Below are positions 35,126 through 44,436 of a stretch of DNA of 64,000 nucleotides, in pieces. Each line of letters starts with the position of its first letter. Position 1 is the stretch's first letter. The notes beneath the pieces were generated by a model, which had not been told where the DNA came from, ran no database searches, and saw only the letters and a list, made by a program, of their open reading frames with translations. The position numbers and the translations under genes were made by a program. Source of the DNA: Candidatus Poribacteria bacterium (lineage in GTDB: Bacteria; Poribacteria; WGA-4E; WGA-3G). The stretch is from NCBI GenBank assembly GCA_022821495.1, contig JAJEDN010000104.1:14043-78042 (forward strand). The letters run 5' to 3'.

Positions 35126-35263
35126 AGGACTTACGCGCCGCTTCTTAAAGTCCCCCTGATAAGGCGGTGTTTTTGCTGGGGTGTTTCTTAGGGGGTTAAA
35201 AATATGGAAAATATCGTTTTCTGCGTCTAAATGTCCAATATTTCCTCAATTTGCGTAAGTCCT
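35126..35263 (+). repeat. R1 MITE with an R3 insert inside the core hairpin
   Basis: TIRs at 35126-35137 and 35252-35263. The core CCCCCTGATAAGG is interrupted by CGGTGTTTTTGCTGGGGTGTTTCTT (35165-35189) before AGGGGGTTAAAAA. Confidence 0.7.
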
Positions 35264-35308
35264 GAATAATTATAAACATCACCGGGATAGATTGCGAAGT
35301 TGTAAAAA

Positions 35309-36715
35309 TTATTCCATGCTCCAGAGCCGTTCTTGGGCCCACTTGAAGCGGTTAGGAGCGACATCCTCCAGCTTCGCGTAGCCAATCATTTTTCTCGGGT
35401 AAGCAATCCAATAGTAAGCGCACACTTCGGCCGCGTTTTCAAACAACCATTTGTCATACCATTGATCGATATCGTAGGGTGCGACCCTGCCGAATTCGGC
35501 AAGATCTTTTTCCCGAGCCTCTGCGAAGGCCTGGCCTTCAGGAGTGTTTTCCCATTCCACAACACCCAGATCACTACCGTCAACAGAAACCAAGGCATGC
35601 TGACGGGCGTGTGCTATCTCATGGGCGAGTGCTTGCAGTAATTTTCCTGCCGGATCAGCAGATTGACTATGAAGGTCGGTATTGAGTGTAATCATGCCGT
35701 CGTAGTCGGAATACGTCGCACTGGCTTTGCCCTTTAGCCGCAAGGAACCCTCATAGTACAATAAGTCATACACCAGAAGGGTGTTTTCCAATATGGGTCG
35801 TATCTCGTCAGGCCAGCGTTGGCCGATATAGATAAGACCGGGATCCTTTGGACGATCACGGAATTTCGGCGCATCACCGTTTGCGAGGATCGTCTGGCGA
35901 TCTCTGTAGATGATGACCTCCTTGGGTTCAAAGTATTCCTTCTCTATGCGCAGATGAAGTTCATCTGTCGCGATGTTTGAGAAAACATAATGACCGTTGC
36001 GGTCAGTAACCACACGTTCACCGGATCGTGGACCTGTCATAATGGTGACAGTGACACCGGCAACCGGATGTTGGAGCAAAGCACACACCACACCGACAAA
36101 ATCATTCGGATTTTTTCGAACGGGTAAGCTGTATTTGCCCCATGAAACCCATCCTTCAGAGTAAAGGATGACCTCAAGTAAGTTTCCTTCAGACGCGTTA
36201 GTATGAGTGAAGAAATGTTTCGCAAAATCTTCCGTTCCCACAATATACTTGCAAATGAAGGAGTCTTGGTAGGGCATAGCATCCCCGCTCTGCAAATCAG
36301 AGCCATGCGGCTTCATACGGTACCGGCTTGTCATCTCTATTTGGCGAGAATTATCGGTGCTCGGTCTGGTCGTAAAAAAGATACTCGGTCGAGCATCTTC
36401 GCCATCAGAAATAACCACCGGAACCTCTTCCAAAAACATTACCTGTGTATAGAGAGTGGTTCCGATTTCTATTGTCCCTACAACCGGTTCTGTTAGGTCG
36501 ATATCTCGGTAGTACACAATCTCTGCAGGTGGTGTGGGTGCTGTATATTCCGGTTCTGGTACCTCGGGTACCTTTATTTCACCCATAGTTACCGGCGTTT
36601 CTGATCCTTTGTCATCGGGTATAACCGGCTTCACCACAGTCATACCTTCATCACATCCGAGGAATAGGGATGTTAGTCCCAAGAACAAGGCTGCCAACAT
36701 AATTATTTTTTTCAT
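35309..36715 (-). CDS. lipoprotein, putative zinc metallopeptidase with a carboxypeptidase-regulatory-like domain
   Basis: Lipobox LFLGC after a signal peptide. HEIAH (HExxH) lies near the C-terminus. GVTVTI...TDRNGHYVF is a beta-sandwich motif. Confidence 0.5.
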   Translation of the reverse strand: MKKIIMLAALFLGLTSLFLGCDEGMTVVKPVIPDDKGSETPVTMGEIKVPEVPEPEYTAPTPPAEIVYYRDIDLTEPVVGTIEIGTTLYTQVMFLEEVPVVISDGEDARPSIFFTTRPSTDNSRQIEMTSRYRMKPHGSDLQSGDAMPYQDSFICKYIVGTEDFAKHFFTHTNASEGNLLEVILYSEGWVSWGKYSLPVRKNPNDFVGVVCALLQHPVAGVTVTIMTGPRSGERVVTDRNGHYVFSNIATDELHLRIEKEYFEPKEVIIYRDRQTILANGDAPKFRDRPKDPGLIYIGQRWPDEIRPILENTLLVYDLLYYEGSLRLKGKASATYSDYDGMITLNTDLHSQSADPAGKLLQALAHEIAHARQHALVSVDGSDLGVVEWENTPEGQAFAEAREKDLAEFGRVAPYDIDQWYDKWLFENAAEVCAYYWIAYPRKMIGYAKLEDVAPNRFKWAQERLWSME

Positions 36716-36966
36716 TTCGCGTTTCCTTGTTGTATAAATATTTAGGAGATAGCTAGACAGACTCTAGCTGTTTTGTCAATTTTATAGATAACATGAGTTT
36801 GAGAATAAACCGGAGTCAACCGTTAACCAATGGAGCGAATGTTTGCTATCCGCTTCGTACCGCGCCTCGCGACCCATCGCAAGACAATTGACACACTTAT
36901 TCAGTTATAATAGGTCAATTATTGTCTTTATTCAATCAAAAAAACAAAAACTCTATACCTAACCAT

Positions 36967-37061
36967 AAATAAGCAGACCTCTTTGTAGCATAACCTGTTA
37001 GGTTGTGCCAGTCTGAATGCCTGTTATAGGCATTCAGACTGTTTGAGAGTGCCCAATTAAT
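36967..37061 (+). repeat. R6 element, copy 2
   Basis: Direct repeat of 35031-35123, with paired G/C changes that keep the long stem intact. Confidence 0.7.
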
Positions 37062-37209
37062 CATAGATTTTACTATAAATGATCTTGGCTACCAAAAGAA
37101 GGTGTGTAAATATGTTTATCAAGTCTTAGAATTAAAAACGGGGTCTGGCACAAACTCACAGTTTATGCTATAGTGGAAGACCATGTGTTAAAAGGTAAAA
37201 GATACAGAC

Positions 37210-37238
37210 TTGACAAAGACTCCCGATTTTGATAGCAT
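37210..37238 (+). promoter_or_regulatory. sigma70-like promoter TTGACA-17-TAGCAT upstream of the antitoxin
   Basis: Hexamers at 37210-37215 and 37233-37238. Confidence 0.4.
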
Positions 37239-37293
37239 ATTAACATTGAACAAGACATGCAACCCAGAAAAGATAACCCTTTCAAGGAGTTCT

Positions 37294-37527
37294 ATGATGA
37301 AGAATGCAAAATTGCAAAAGCAAGCTATGATGTTAATCGAGCGACTCCCAAACAAAAAACTCAAAGCTGCTATAGATTATATGACTTATCTCTATGACAA
37401 GGAAGCATGGGATGCGACACATGAACTGACCAGTAACGCGGAAATCGTGAAAAGCTTAGAACGTGCAGAAGCCGATGAAAAAGCCGGCAGACTCAAAAGT
37501 TGGGCTGATGTTAAGCGAGACGTTTGA
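37294..37527 (+). CDS. type II antitoxin (partner of the RelE/ParE toxin)
   Basis: 77-aa ORF with AAGGAG 5 nt upstream. Overlaps the toxin start. Confidence 0.55.
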   Translation: MMKNAKLQKQAMMLIERLPNKKLKAAIDYMTYLYDKEAWDATHELTSNAEIVKSLERAEADEKAGRLKSWADVKRDV

Positions 37528-37783
37528 ACTCGAATTCACGGATGAGGCAATTGCTGATTACGGTAGACTTGATGCTAATATGGAGCGGCGAGTCAACACT
37601 GCACTTAACACGTTAGTCAACAATCCGTTATTTGGACGTAATATAACCAAATTGCACGGACAGTACGCCGGATTATACCGTTATCGTGTTGGACGCTATA
37701 GGATTATCTATAGGATAGACAAGCAACACCGTAAATGTATCATCAGAGGGATCCAAGCGCGAGGAAAAGCGTATAACCCATAA
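37508..37783 (+). CDS. RelE/ParE family type II toxin
   Basis: KLHGQYAGLYRYRVGRYRIIYRID...IRGIQARGKAY. Confidence 0.8.
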   Translation: MLSETFELEFTDEAIADYGRLDANMERRVNTALNTLVNNPLFGRNITKLHGQYAGLYRYRVGRYRIIYRIDKQHRKCIIRGIQARGKAYNP

Positions 37784-37841
37784 TTCGGAACTATACGATT
37801 GTTCAAATCCATAAACTTCCGATCTCACATAGGAGAAAACC

Positions 37842-38891
37842 ATGCCACAGACATACAAAGCCTGTCTCGTCGGATGCGGACGGATGGGCGCGACCATTGA
37901 CGATGAAGTCGCAGGTCGACCGGATAGCTTTATCTGGCAACCCTTCTCACACGCTGCAGCCGCAGTCGCCTGTGAGCGAACTGACCTCGTCGCTGTCTCC
38001 GATGTCTTCGAGGAAAAAGCCGAAACCATCAGAAAACGTTACGGAGCCGAGCGCGCCTATACAGATTACCAAGAGATGATCGAAAAAGAGAAACCCGACA
38101 TCATCTGCCTCGCCACGCGTCCGGGTCCACACGCCGATATTACCGTCTTTGCCGCCGAAAACGGCGTTAAGGGCATCTACTGCGAAAAACCGCTCTGCTG
38201 CTCTATGGAAGAAGCAGACATCATGGTAGATGCTGTCGAAAAGCACGGTGTCAAATTCAACTACGGCACACAGCGCCGCTATATGCCGATCTACCGCAAG
38301 GTACGAGAACTCGTTGATGCCGGCGAAATCGGCAATGTCCAGTGTACCATCGCGCAGTACGGTGCCAGCTCCGCGCTCTGGGGACTCACCCACGCCGCCG
38401 ATATGCTCCTCTTCCTCGCAGGCGACCCAGAAGTAGATTTCGTGCAAGGCACGGTTGTTTGTGACGATTCAGATTGGGACGGGAACCGCCTCAACACCGA
38501 TCCCGCCATCACCAGCGGTTATATCCGTTACGCCAACGGTGTACACGGCTATAATACGGCAGGGACTGGACCCGAATATGAGGTTTGCGGCACGGGTGGC
38601 AAAATCCGTGTACAAAACAACAGCAGAGAAATCCAATTCCGAAAAAAGGATGGCACCTTCTTTGAAGAAGTCCCGTTCCCTGAGACCTCCCGTGCGACAG
38701 GCACCGTGATGGGGATCACAGATGTCGCTGAGGCACTCGACGAAGACCGTGAGACAAAGGGACCCATCCATCTCGCACGCCGGAGCCAAGAGACACTCAT
38801 GGGTATCATCGAATCGCACCGACTCGACGGCAAACGCGTCTCACTCCCGATGGAAAATCGAGGTCTCTACGTCGGTGGAAAAAGTTGGTAA
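37842..38891 (+). CDS. Gfo/Idh/MocA family oxidoreductase
   Basis: KACLVGCGRMG and the EKP motif. Confidence 0.8.
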   Translation: MPQTYKACLVGCGRMGATIDDEVAGRPDSFIWQPFSHAAAAVACERTDLVAVSDVFEEKAETIRKRYGAERAYTDYQEMIEKEKPDIICLATRPGPHADITVFAAENGVKGIYCEKPLCCSMEEADIMVDAVEKHGVKFNYGTQRRYMPIYRKVRELVDAGEIGNVQCTIAQYGASSALWGLTHAADMLLFLAGDPEVDFVQGTVVCDDSDWDGNRLNTDPAITSGYIRYANGVHGYNTAGTGPEYEVCGTGGKIRVQNNSREIQFRKKDGTFFEEVPFPETSRATGTVMGITDVAEALDEDRETKGPIHLARRSQETLMGIIESHRLDGKRVSLPMENRGLYVGGKSW

Positions 38892-38916
38892 AATTTCGCA
38901 CATCCGGCACCCAACC

Positions 38917-39028
38917 GCAGGCGAGGTGTTTTTGCTAGGGGTATTTGCTTGGGTATTTCTGCGGATTTCCCCTAGTAACCTCGCCCCAAAGTTTGGTCCC
39001 TACTGCAGGCGAGGTTTGTAACCTCGCC
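38917..39028 (+). repeat. REP-like doublet; the first copy carries a 50-nt R3-type insert in its loop
   Basis: The intact copy at 39005-39028 is GCAGGCGAGG-TTTGT-AACCTCGCC. The copy at 38917-38985 has the same arms separated by TGTTTTTGCTAGGGGTATTTGCTTGGGTATTTCTGCGG.... Confidence 0.7.
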
Positions 39029-39037
39029 CAACAAAAT

Positions 39038-40024
39038 ATGAACTTAGAAACCCAAATCCAGCAATTCCGCGAGACCTTTTACAACGTCAAATCCGAAGTC
39101 CAAAAACGCATCGTCGGTCAAGACGCTATCATTGAAGGTGTGCTTTTCTGTCTACTCGCCAACGGACACGCACTCCTCGAAGGTATCCCCGGCTTAGGCA
39201 AAACCCAACTCATCTACACACTCAGCGAAGCACTTGATCTCGCTTACAAGCGCATCCAGTTCACACCGGATATGATGCCTTCAGATGTCACAGGCACAAC
39301 GCTCCTCGTAGAAGACGAACACGGCGGAAGACAACTCGAATTCCAACAGGGACCCATTTTCGCACAACTCATCCTCGCAGATGAGATTAACCGTGCCACA
39401 CCGCGCACCCAATCCGCGCTCCTTGAAGCGATGCAAGAACGCACCGTCACCATCGGACGTACCAGCCATAAGTTAGAAGAACCGTTTTGCGTCTTAGCAA
39501 CACAAAACCCGCTGGAGATGGAAGGCACGTACCCGCTCCCAGAGGCACAACTCGATCGGTTCCTCTTCAAACTCCTCATCGACTTCCCGAACGAAGACGA
39601 GATCGTCGAAATCCTACGCCGCACCACATCCGGTGCCGACATCACTATCGACAAGGTTACAGATACCGAAACGCTCAACGAGATGCGCCGACTCGTGCCG
39701 CAAGTCCCCATCGCCGAGCATGTTGAACGCCACATCATCCGACTCGTCCGAGCGACGCACCCGGACGCCGAAGACGCCCCCGATATTGTGAAACAATATG
39801 TCCACCTCGGCGCAGGGATCCGAAGCGTCCAAGCCATCGCCCTCACCGCCAAAATCAACGCCGTCCTCAACGAACGCTACAACGTCGCCTTCTCGGACAT
39901 CGATGCTGTGTTGCTCCCCGCACTCCGCCACCGCATCCTCCTCAACTTCGAGGGGCAAGGCGAAGGCATAGAACCCGACACCATCGTCAACGAAGTCCGC
40001 AACACCATAACCCCAACATCATAG
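39038..40024 (+). CDS. MoxR-like AAA+ ATPase
   Basis: Walker A GIPGLGKT, Walker B ILADEINR and the SALLEAMQE motif. The ATG at 39038 is preferred over the ORF-track start at 38945. Confidence 0.85.
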   Translation: MNLETQIQQFRETFYNVKSEVQKRIVGQDAIIEGVLFCLLANGHALLEGIPGLGKTQLIYTLSEALDLAYKRIQFTPDMMPSDVTGTTLLVEDEHGGRQLEFQQGPIFAQLILADEINRATPRTQSALLEAMQERTVTIGRTSHKLEEPFCVLATQNPLEMEGTYPLPEAQLDRFLFKLLIDFPNEDEIVEILRRTTSGADITIDKVTDTETLNEMRRLVPQVPIAEHVERHIIRLVRATHPDAEDAPDIVKQYVHLGAGIRSVQAIALTAKINAVLNERYNVAFSDIDAVLLPALRHRILLNFEGQGEGIEPDTIVNEVRNTITPTS

Positions 40025-40083
40025 CTTCGTCCCATTCGTCATTTGTTTCTCAAAAGCATTTTGGTTCGCAGTTCTCATCTAAT

Positions 40084-40220
40084 GCCCCCCTGATAAGGGG
40101 GGTTAGGGGGGTTAGGGGCGTTATCTTCTTATACTAAAATCGGAAAATATGTTTACACTTCGCCCCCTCGTAGGGAGTTTTGCTGGAGTGTTTCTTCAAG
40201 GGGCACCCAGCCCTACGAGC
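40084..40220 (+). repeat. composite repeat: R1 core, then an R5 segment, then a hairpin with an R3 insert
   Basis: CCCCCCTGATAAGGGGGGTTAGGGGGGTTAGGGG. TTATACTAAAATCGGAAAATATG resembles 42688-42722. CTCGTAGGG-[R3]-CCCTACGAG lies at 40167-40219. Confidence 0.6.
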
Positions 40221-40259
40221 TATGAAACTGAACAGTCCTAAGCAGAATAAATTAACCTC

Positions 40260-40288
40260 TTGACATCCGCTTGAACCTACGTTATAAT
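40260..40288 (+). promoter_or_regulatory. consensus sigma70 promoter TTGACA-17-TATAAT upstream of fic
   Basis: Hexamers at 40260-40265 and 40283-40288. Confidence 0.55.
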
Positions 40289-40363
40289 ATGATAGTATTA
40301 TCAAAAATAGGGAAAAATGACAACACAAATTTGCCATTTTCAAAAAGAGGCGAAAACGGTAAT

Positions 40364-41491
40364 ATGCAAAATTTTACAGCGGGCGTGTACCGACAGCAGC
40401 GAGAATACAAGAGTTTTAGTCCATCTTTCATCAACCATCCTTTTGCTTGGGAGAACCGTCAAATAGATCAGTTGGTTGAACAAGCTGCCAATCTTTTGGG
40501 AGCACTCAAGACTTATGCGGAAATCGTTCCAGATGTCGATTTCTCGATGCCAATGAGTATCGCAAAAGAAGCGATAGACTCTAATCTGATTGAAGGCACA
40601 AAAACTAAGATTGATGAGGTCGTTCTGCCACAAACAGAGATTCCAGCAACCCGACGGGCTGATTGGGAAGAAGTCCAAAATTATATTGAAGCCATGAATT
40701 TCGCGATAGCCGAACTCCCAAGAATCCCACTTTCTATGCGACTTCTCAAAGATGTCCATAAAATATTGATGTCCGGTGTTCGTGGAAGACATAAGGCACC
40801 CGGCGAAATTCGTAGAAGCCAAAACTGGATCGGTGGTGCGTCGCTCGCAGACGCGCTTTTCGTCCCTCCCTCACCGGAAGAACTGCCCGATCTTCTAAGC
40901 GATCTGGAAAAATTTTGGCACAACACATCACTCCAACTACCTTACCTTATCAAAATCGCTATTACACACTATCAGTTTGAAACCATCCATCCGTTTTTGG
41001 ACGGCAATGGAAGGTGCGGAAGACTTTTAATCGTTTTGCAACTCATCGACGCACAATTGCTTAGCAAACCTATCCTTTACGCATCCACCTTTTTTGAGAA
41101 AAACAAGGTCTCATACTACAATTCACTGACCCGTGTTCGCACTGCAAATGACTTGGAACAGTGGATCGTATTTTTCTTAATCGGAATCGTCGAGACTGCC
41201 CAGCACGGACTCAAAACATTCAAAGCGATTATTGCACTCCGCGAAGAATATGATACCAAAATCCTAACACTCGGTCCTCGAGCAAAAAACGCACAAAAAT
41301 TGCTTCACCTTATGTATGCCACACCTATCATTAACGCGAGATCCGTTGAAAAGGAATTAGAAATAAGCTTTTCAAGCGCGAATCGACTCCTAAAATCCTT
41401 AACAGCACTCGGTGTCTTGAAAGAGACCACTGGACACTCCCGTAACCGCCTCTTCGTATTGGAGAAATACCTGAATCTCTTTAGAAGTTAG
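40364..41491 (+). CDS. Fic family protein
   Basis: Fic motif HPFLDGNGRCGRLL and a C-terminal wHTH-like region. The ATG at 40364 is preferred. Confidence 0.85.
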   Translation: MQNFTAGVYRQQREYKSFSPSFINHPFAWENRQIDQLVEQAANLLGALKTYAEIVPDVDFSMPMSIAKEAIDSNLIEGTKTKIDEVVLPQTEIPATRRADWEEVQNYIEAMNFAIAELPRIPLSMRLLKDVHKILMSGVRGRHKAPGEIRRSQNWIGGASLADALFVPPSPEELPDLLSDLEKFWHNTSLQLPYLIKIAITHYQFETIHPFLDGNGRCGRLLIVLQLIDAQLLSKPILYASTFFEKNKVSYYNSLTRVRTANDLEQWIVFFLIGIVETAQHGLKTFKAIIALREEYDTKILTLGPRAKNAQKLLHLMYATPIINARSVEKELEISFSSANRLLKSLTALGVLKETTGHSRNRLFVLEKYLNLFRS

Positions 41492-41518
41492 CGAATCCCA
41501 CACAAAAATGAGGAAATT

Positions 41519-41944
41519 ATGACGATGAGGACATCCCAAACGTATCTCACACCGGAGGAATACATCACTTTAGAACGTAAGGCGATCCCTGACGCTGATA
41601 CAGTTAAAAGTGAATACATGAACGGTGAAATTATCGCAATGTCTGGAGCAAGCTTCGAGCATAATCTGATCACTTACAACATCTCTGGTGAACTCCGAAA
41701 CCGCTTGAAAGGCAGTGGATGCCTCGCATTCGCTAATGAAATGCGTGTCAGTATCCCCGCAGCAAATTCCTATTTTTACCCCGATGTCGGTGTGGTCTGT
41801 GAAGAACCCCGTTTTGAAGACGATGTTCTTGACATACTCCTCAACCCCATAGTCGTCGTAGAAGTGCTTTCTCCGTCAACAGAGGCTTACGACAGAGGCG
41901 ACAAATTCGCACACTACCGCCAACTCCAATCTCGGTACGGCTGA
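41519..41944 (+). pseudogene. Uma2 family endonuclease, 3'-truncated
   Basis: Collinear with the two intact paralogs up to ...KFAHYRQLQS (about 41932). It then diverges and stops after 3 more codons (RYG). About 50 C-terminal residues are missing. Confidence 0.7.
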
Positions 41945-42408
41945 ACGGACGGTGCTGGCGGATTTTGACTTCACCGAGTTTCGGCACTTTCAGCATGTTA
42001 TGCCGTTTACCTGTTTCACGGATCGGATTCTGACGGACACGCTCACCACTCTTGAGTTTGTGTTTACGCAAAGACCAAGACAACGAGCGAACAGAACGCC
42101 TGAACTTAGGATAGCCTTTTTTCCGCCCCCTCTTTACAACGGCGTTGAAAATGCTCATGTGCAGCATTGACGCGTTTGATCGTGGATACTTGCATATCTT
42201 GGGGATGTTCAGAATAGTGATAAGTGGCCGCGCGGAGGTCCTTGAGATGGTTAATCTGGTCATACATCGACACAGAAACACTCCCATACTCCCACATCTG
42301 ATTCCGCATCTGGAGCATATAGTTCTGCAACTGCTTCTGGTGGCGCAACTCCGCATAAAGCCACTGCCCCTCTGTTTTCGTAGGCTTCACACGAAACTTA
42401 AAAGTCAT
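41933..42408 (-). pseudogene. tnpB fragment (first about 160 codons, frameshifted)
   Basis: MTFKFRVKPTKTEGQ... continues in another frame as GYPKFRRS...LKVPKLGEVKIRQHRP. The frame break is at the A-run near 42119-42125. The RuvC and zinc-finger parts are absent. Confidence 0.7.
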
Positions 42409-42489
42409 TGAAAAAGTGTGTAATTAATCCCAAAATTTACCATATAATACCAATTCTAATTGATGATTTCTCATAAAGCGTCTACTGTT

Positions 42490-42930
42490 TTGGGTTATGA
42501 CCGGTTCGGTTAGGAAACCGAACCATAGGTGTCAATTTAGCGATTTTCATGGTATTTCCGGGGACAGTCTCTATAGATGCCGCCCCTACGGGGCTAAAGA
42601 CAAACACATTTCTACACAGATACCGTCGCTACGCGACTGAAGAGGGTTTTGAAGTCTTCAAGGTTTCCGCGTAGAATCCGGTTCGGTTTTATAGTAAAAT
42701 CCGAAAATAAATGAACACTTTTACGAAGATAACCCCCTAGGGGAAACACCCCAGCAAAAACACCCCCTTATCAGGGGGGAATAAGATAGGAATCGATTTG
42801 ATTGGATGTGTCTCAATAATTATGGGCTTTACTATAAACCGAACCTACCGGACCTGGGGGTGAAACGGTTATTTTTTCTTAAATTGACGCTTATGGTTCG
42901 GTTAGGAAACCGAACCTACCGGGCCTGGCG
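42490..42930. repeat. patchwork of small repeats in a 620-bp non-coding gap
   Basis: GGTTCGGTTAGGAAACCGAACC hairpin at about 42503 and about 42895. An R5 segment at 42688-42722. A reverse-oriented R1 core with R3 insert at 42731-42780. Confidence 0.55.
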
Positions 42931-43029
42931 GTCCAAAATTGGACGAAAAAACCGAGAACTAAATAGCCCTGGTAAACGCCCCTATTTTCCTTGCTATCTA
43001 CCCCTAAATTATGCTAAAATACACATAGC

Positions 43030-44412
43030 ATGAACCGACACGACCTAAAACACCCACATAAAGAACTCCACAACCTCCTCGGAACACGATTCAGCACAGA
43101 CGATGCTATCCGAAATGCACACGCACGCGATGCATCATACCACCAAGGCGCGCTCCCAGATGCCGTTGTCTTCCCGAAAACGAATACCGAAGTCGCAGAA
43201 ATCGTCAAAATCTGTGTAAAACATAAGATACCGATCGTCCCTTATGGCACCGGTACCGGTGTTGAAGGCGCAGTCGTCGCAACCGAAGGCGCGCTTTGTA
43301 TCGCACTCAACGAAATGAACCAGATCCTCCGTATCAGTCCAAACGACAGAGACGCTACTGTCGAAGCAGGCGTAACGCGTCTCGAATTGAACACGCATCT
43401 CGCAGAGATCGGCACACAACTCCACTTCTCCGTCGATCCAGGTGCAGATGCCTCGTTAGGCGGGATGGTCGCAACCCGCGCATCCGGCACGAGTGCCGTC
43501 CGGTACGGCACAATGCTTGATAACGTCCTCGGCTTGACTGTCGTCACTGCGGACGGCTCTATCGTTCACACTGGCAGCAGAGCCAGAAAATCCGCCGCAG
43601 GCTATGACCTCACCCGTCTCTTCATCGGCTCAGAAGGCACACTCGGGATTATCACCGAAATCACACTCAAATTGACAAGGTTACCAGAAGCCGTCGCCTC
43701 AGCAGTTTGTGCTTTTTCAACTATAGCCGCAGCCGTAGATACCGTTATCAAACTGATGGATACAGGTGTCAGTATCGCACGCATCGAACTGTTGGATGAA
43801 CTACAGATGGATGCCGTCAACAAATACGCAGGATTAGATTACGAAGTCGCACCGACGCTCTTCTTTGAATTTCACGGGTCTGAATACACGGTTGCCGAGA
43901 GTTCGGAGATCGCCGGTAAAATTGCAGCAACACGCGGCAGTGGCGATTTCCGGTGGGCAACAGACGAAAACGAACGCAAACGGCTCTGGCAAGCCCGATA
44001 CGATAGCTACTACGCCGCACTCAACCGCCGTCCGGGTGCCGTTGGCTATGTAACCGATGTATGTGTCCCAATTTCCGAACTCGCCGAGTGTATCGCGAAG
44101 ACGAAAGCACTGCTCGCTACATCATATCTCGTGCCATCAATTCTCGGACATGTCGGCGACGGAAATTTTCACGTCGTCTTCCCCCTCGAACCCAACAACA
44201 AAGACGAATTAGCAGAAGCGCAGCGACTCAGTGATCAAATCGTAGACATCGCCTTAGAGATGGATGGGACCTGTACGGGTGAACACGGGGTCGGCATCGG
44301 GAAACGGAACGCCTTAGAGAAGGAACACGGAAAAGCAGTAGACCTGATGCGTGCAATCAAACACGCCTTAGATCCACAAAATTTAATGAACCCGGGTAAA
44401 GTTTTTTTGTAA
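43030..44412 (+). CDS. FAD-linked oxidase (GlcD/D-lactate dehydrogenase family)
   Basis: FAD-binding PCMH-type N-terminus (IVPYGTGTG) and C-terminal GEHGVG. Confidence 0.8.
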   Translation: MNRHDLKHPHKELHNLLGTRFSTDDAIRNAHARDASYHQGALPDAVVFPKTNTEVAEIVKICVKHKIPIVPYGTGTGVEGAVVATEGALCIALNEMNQILRISPNDRDATVEAGVTRLELNTHLAEIGTQLHFSVDPGADASLGGMVATRASGTSAVRYGTMLDNVLGLTVVTADGSIVHTGSRARKSAAGYDLTRLFIGSEGTLGIITEITLKLTRLPEAVASAVCAFSTIAAAVDTVIKLMDTGVSIARIELLDELQMDAVNKYAGLDYEVAPTLFFEFHGSEYTVAESSEIAGKIAATRGSGDFRWATDENERKRLWQARYDSYYAALNRRPGAVGYVTDVCVPISELAECIAKTKALLATSYLVPSILGHVGDGNFHVVFPLEPNNKDELAEAQRLSDQIVDIALEMDGTCTGEHGVGIGKRNALEKEHGKAVDLMRAIKHALDPQNLMNPGKVFL

Positions 44413-44436
44413 AGGTAAAGGACATCTATAACCGAC

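Noticed and set aside
36880-36910. TTGACA ... TATAAT-like hexamers as a promoter.
   Set aside because: The spacer is only about 12 nt.
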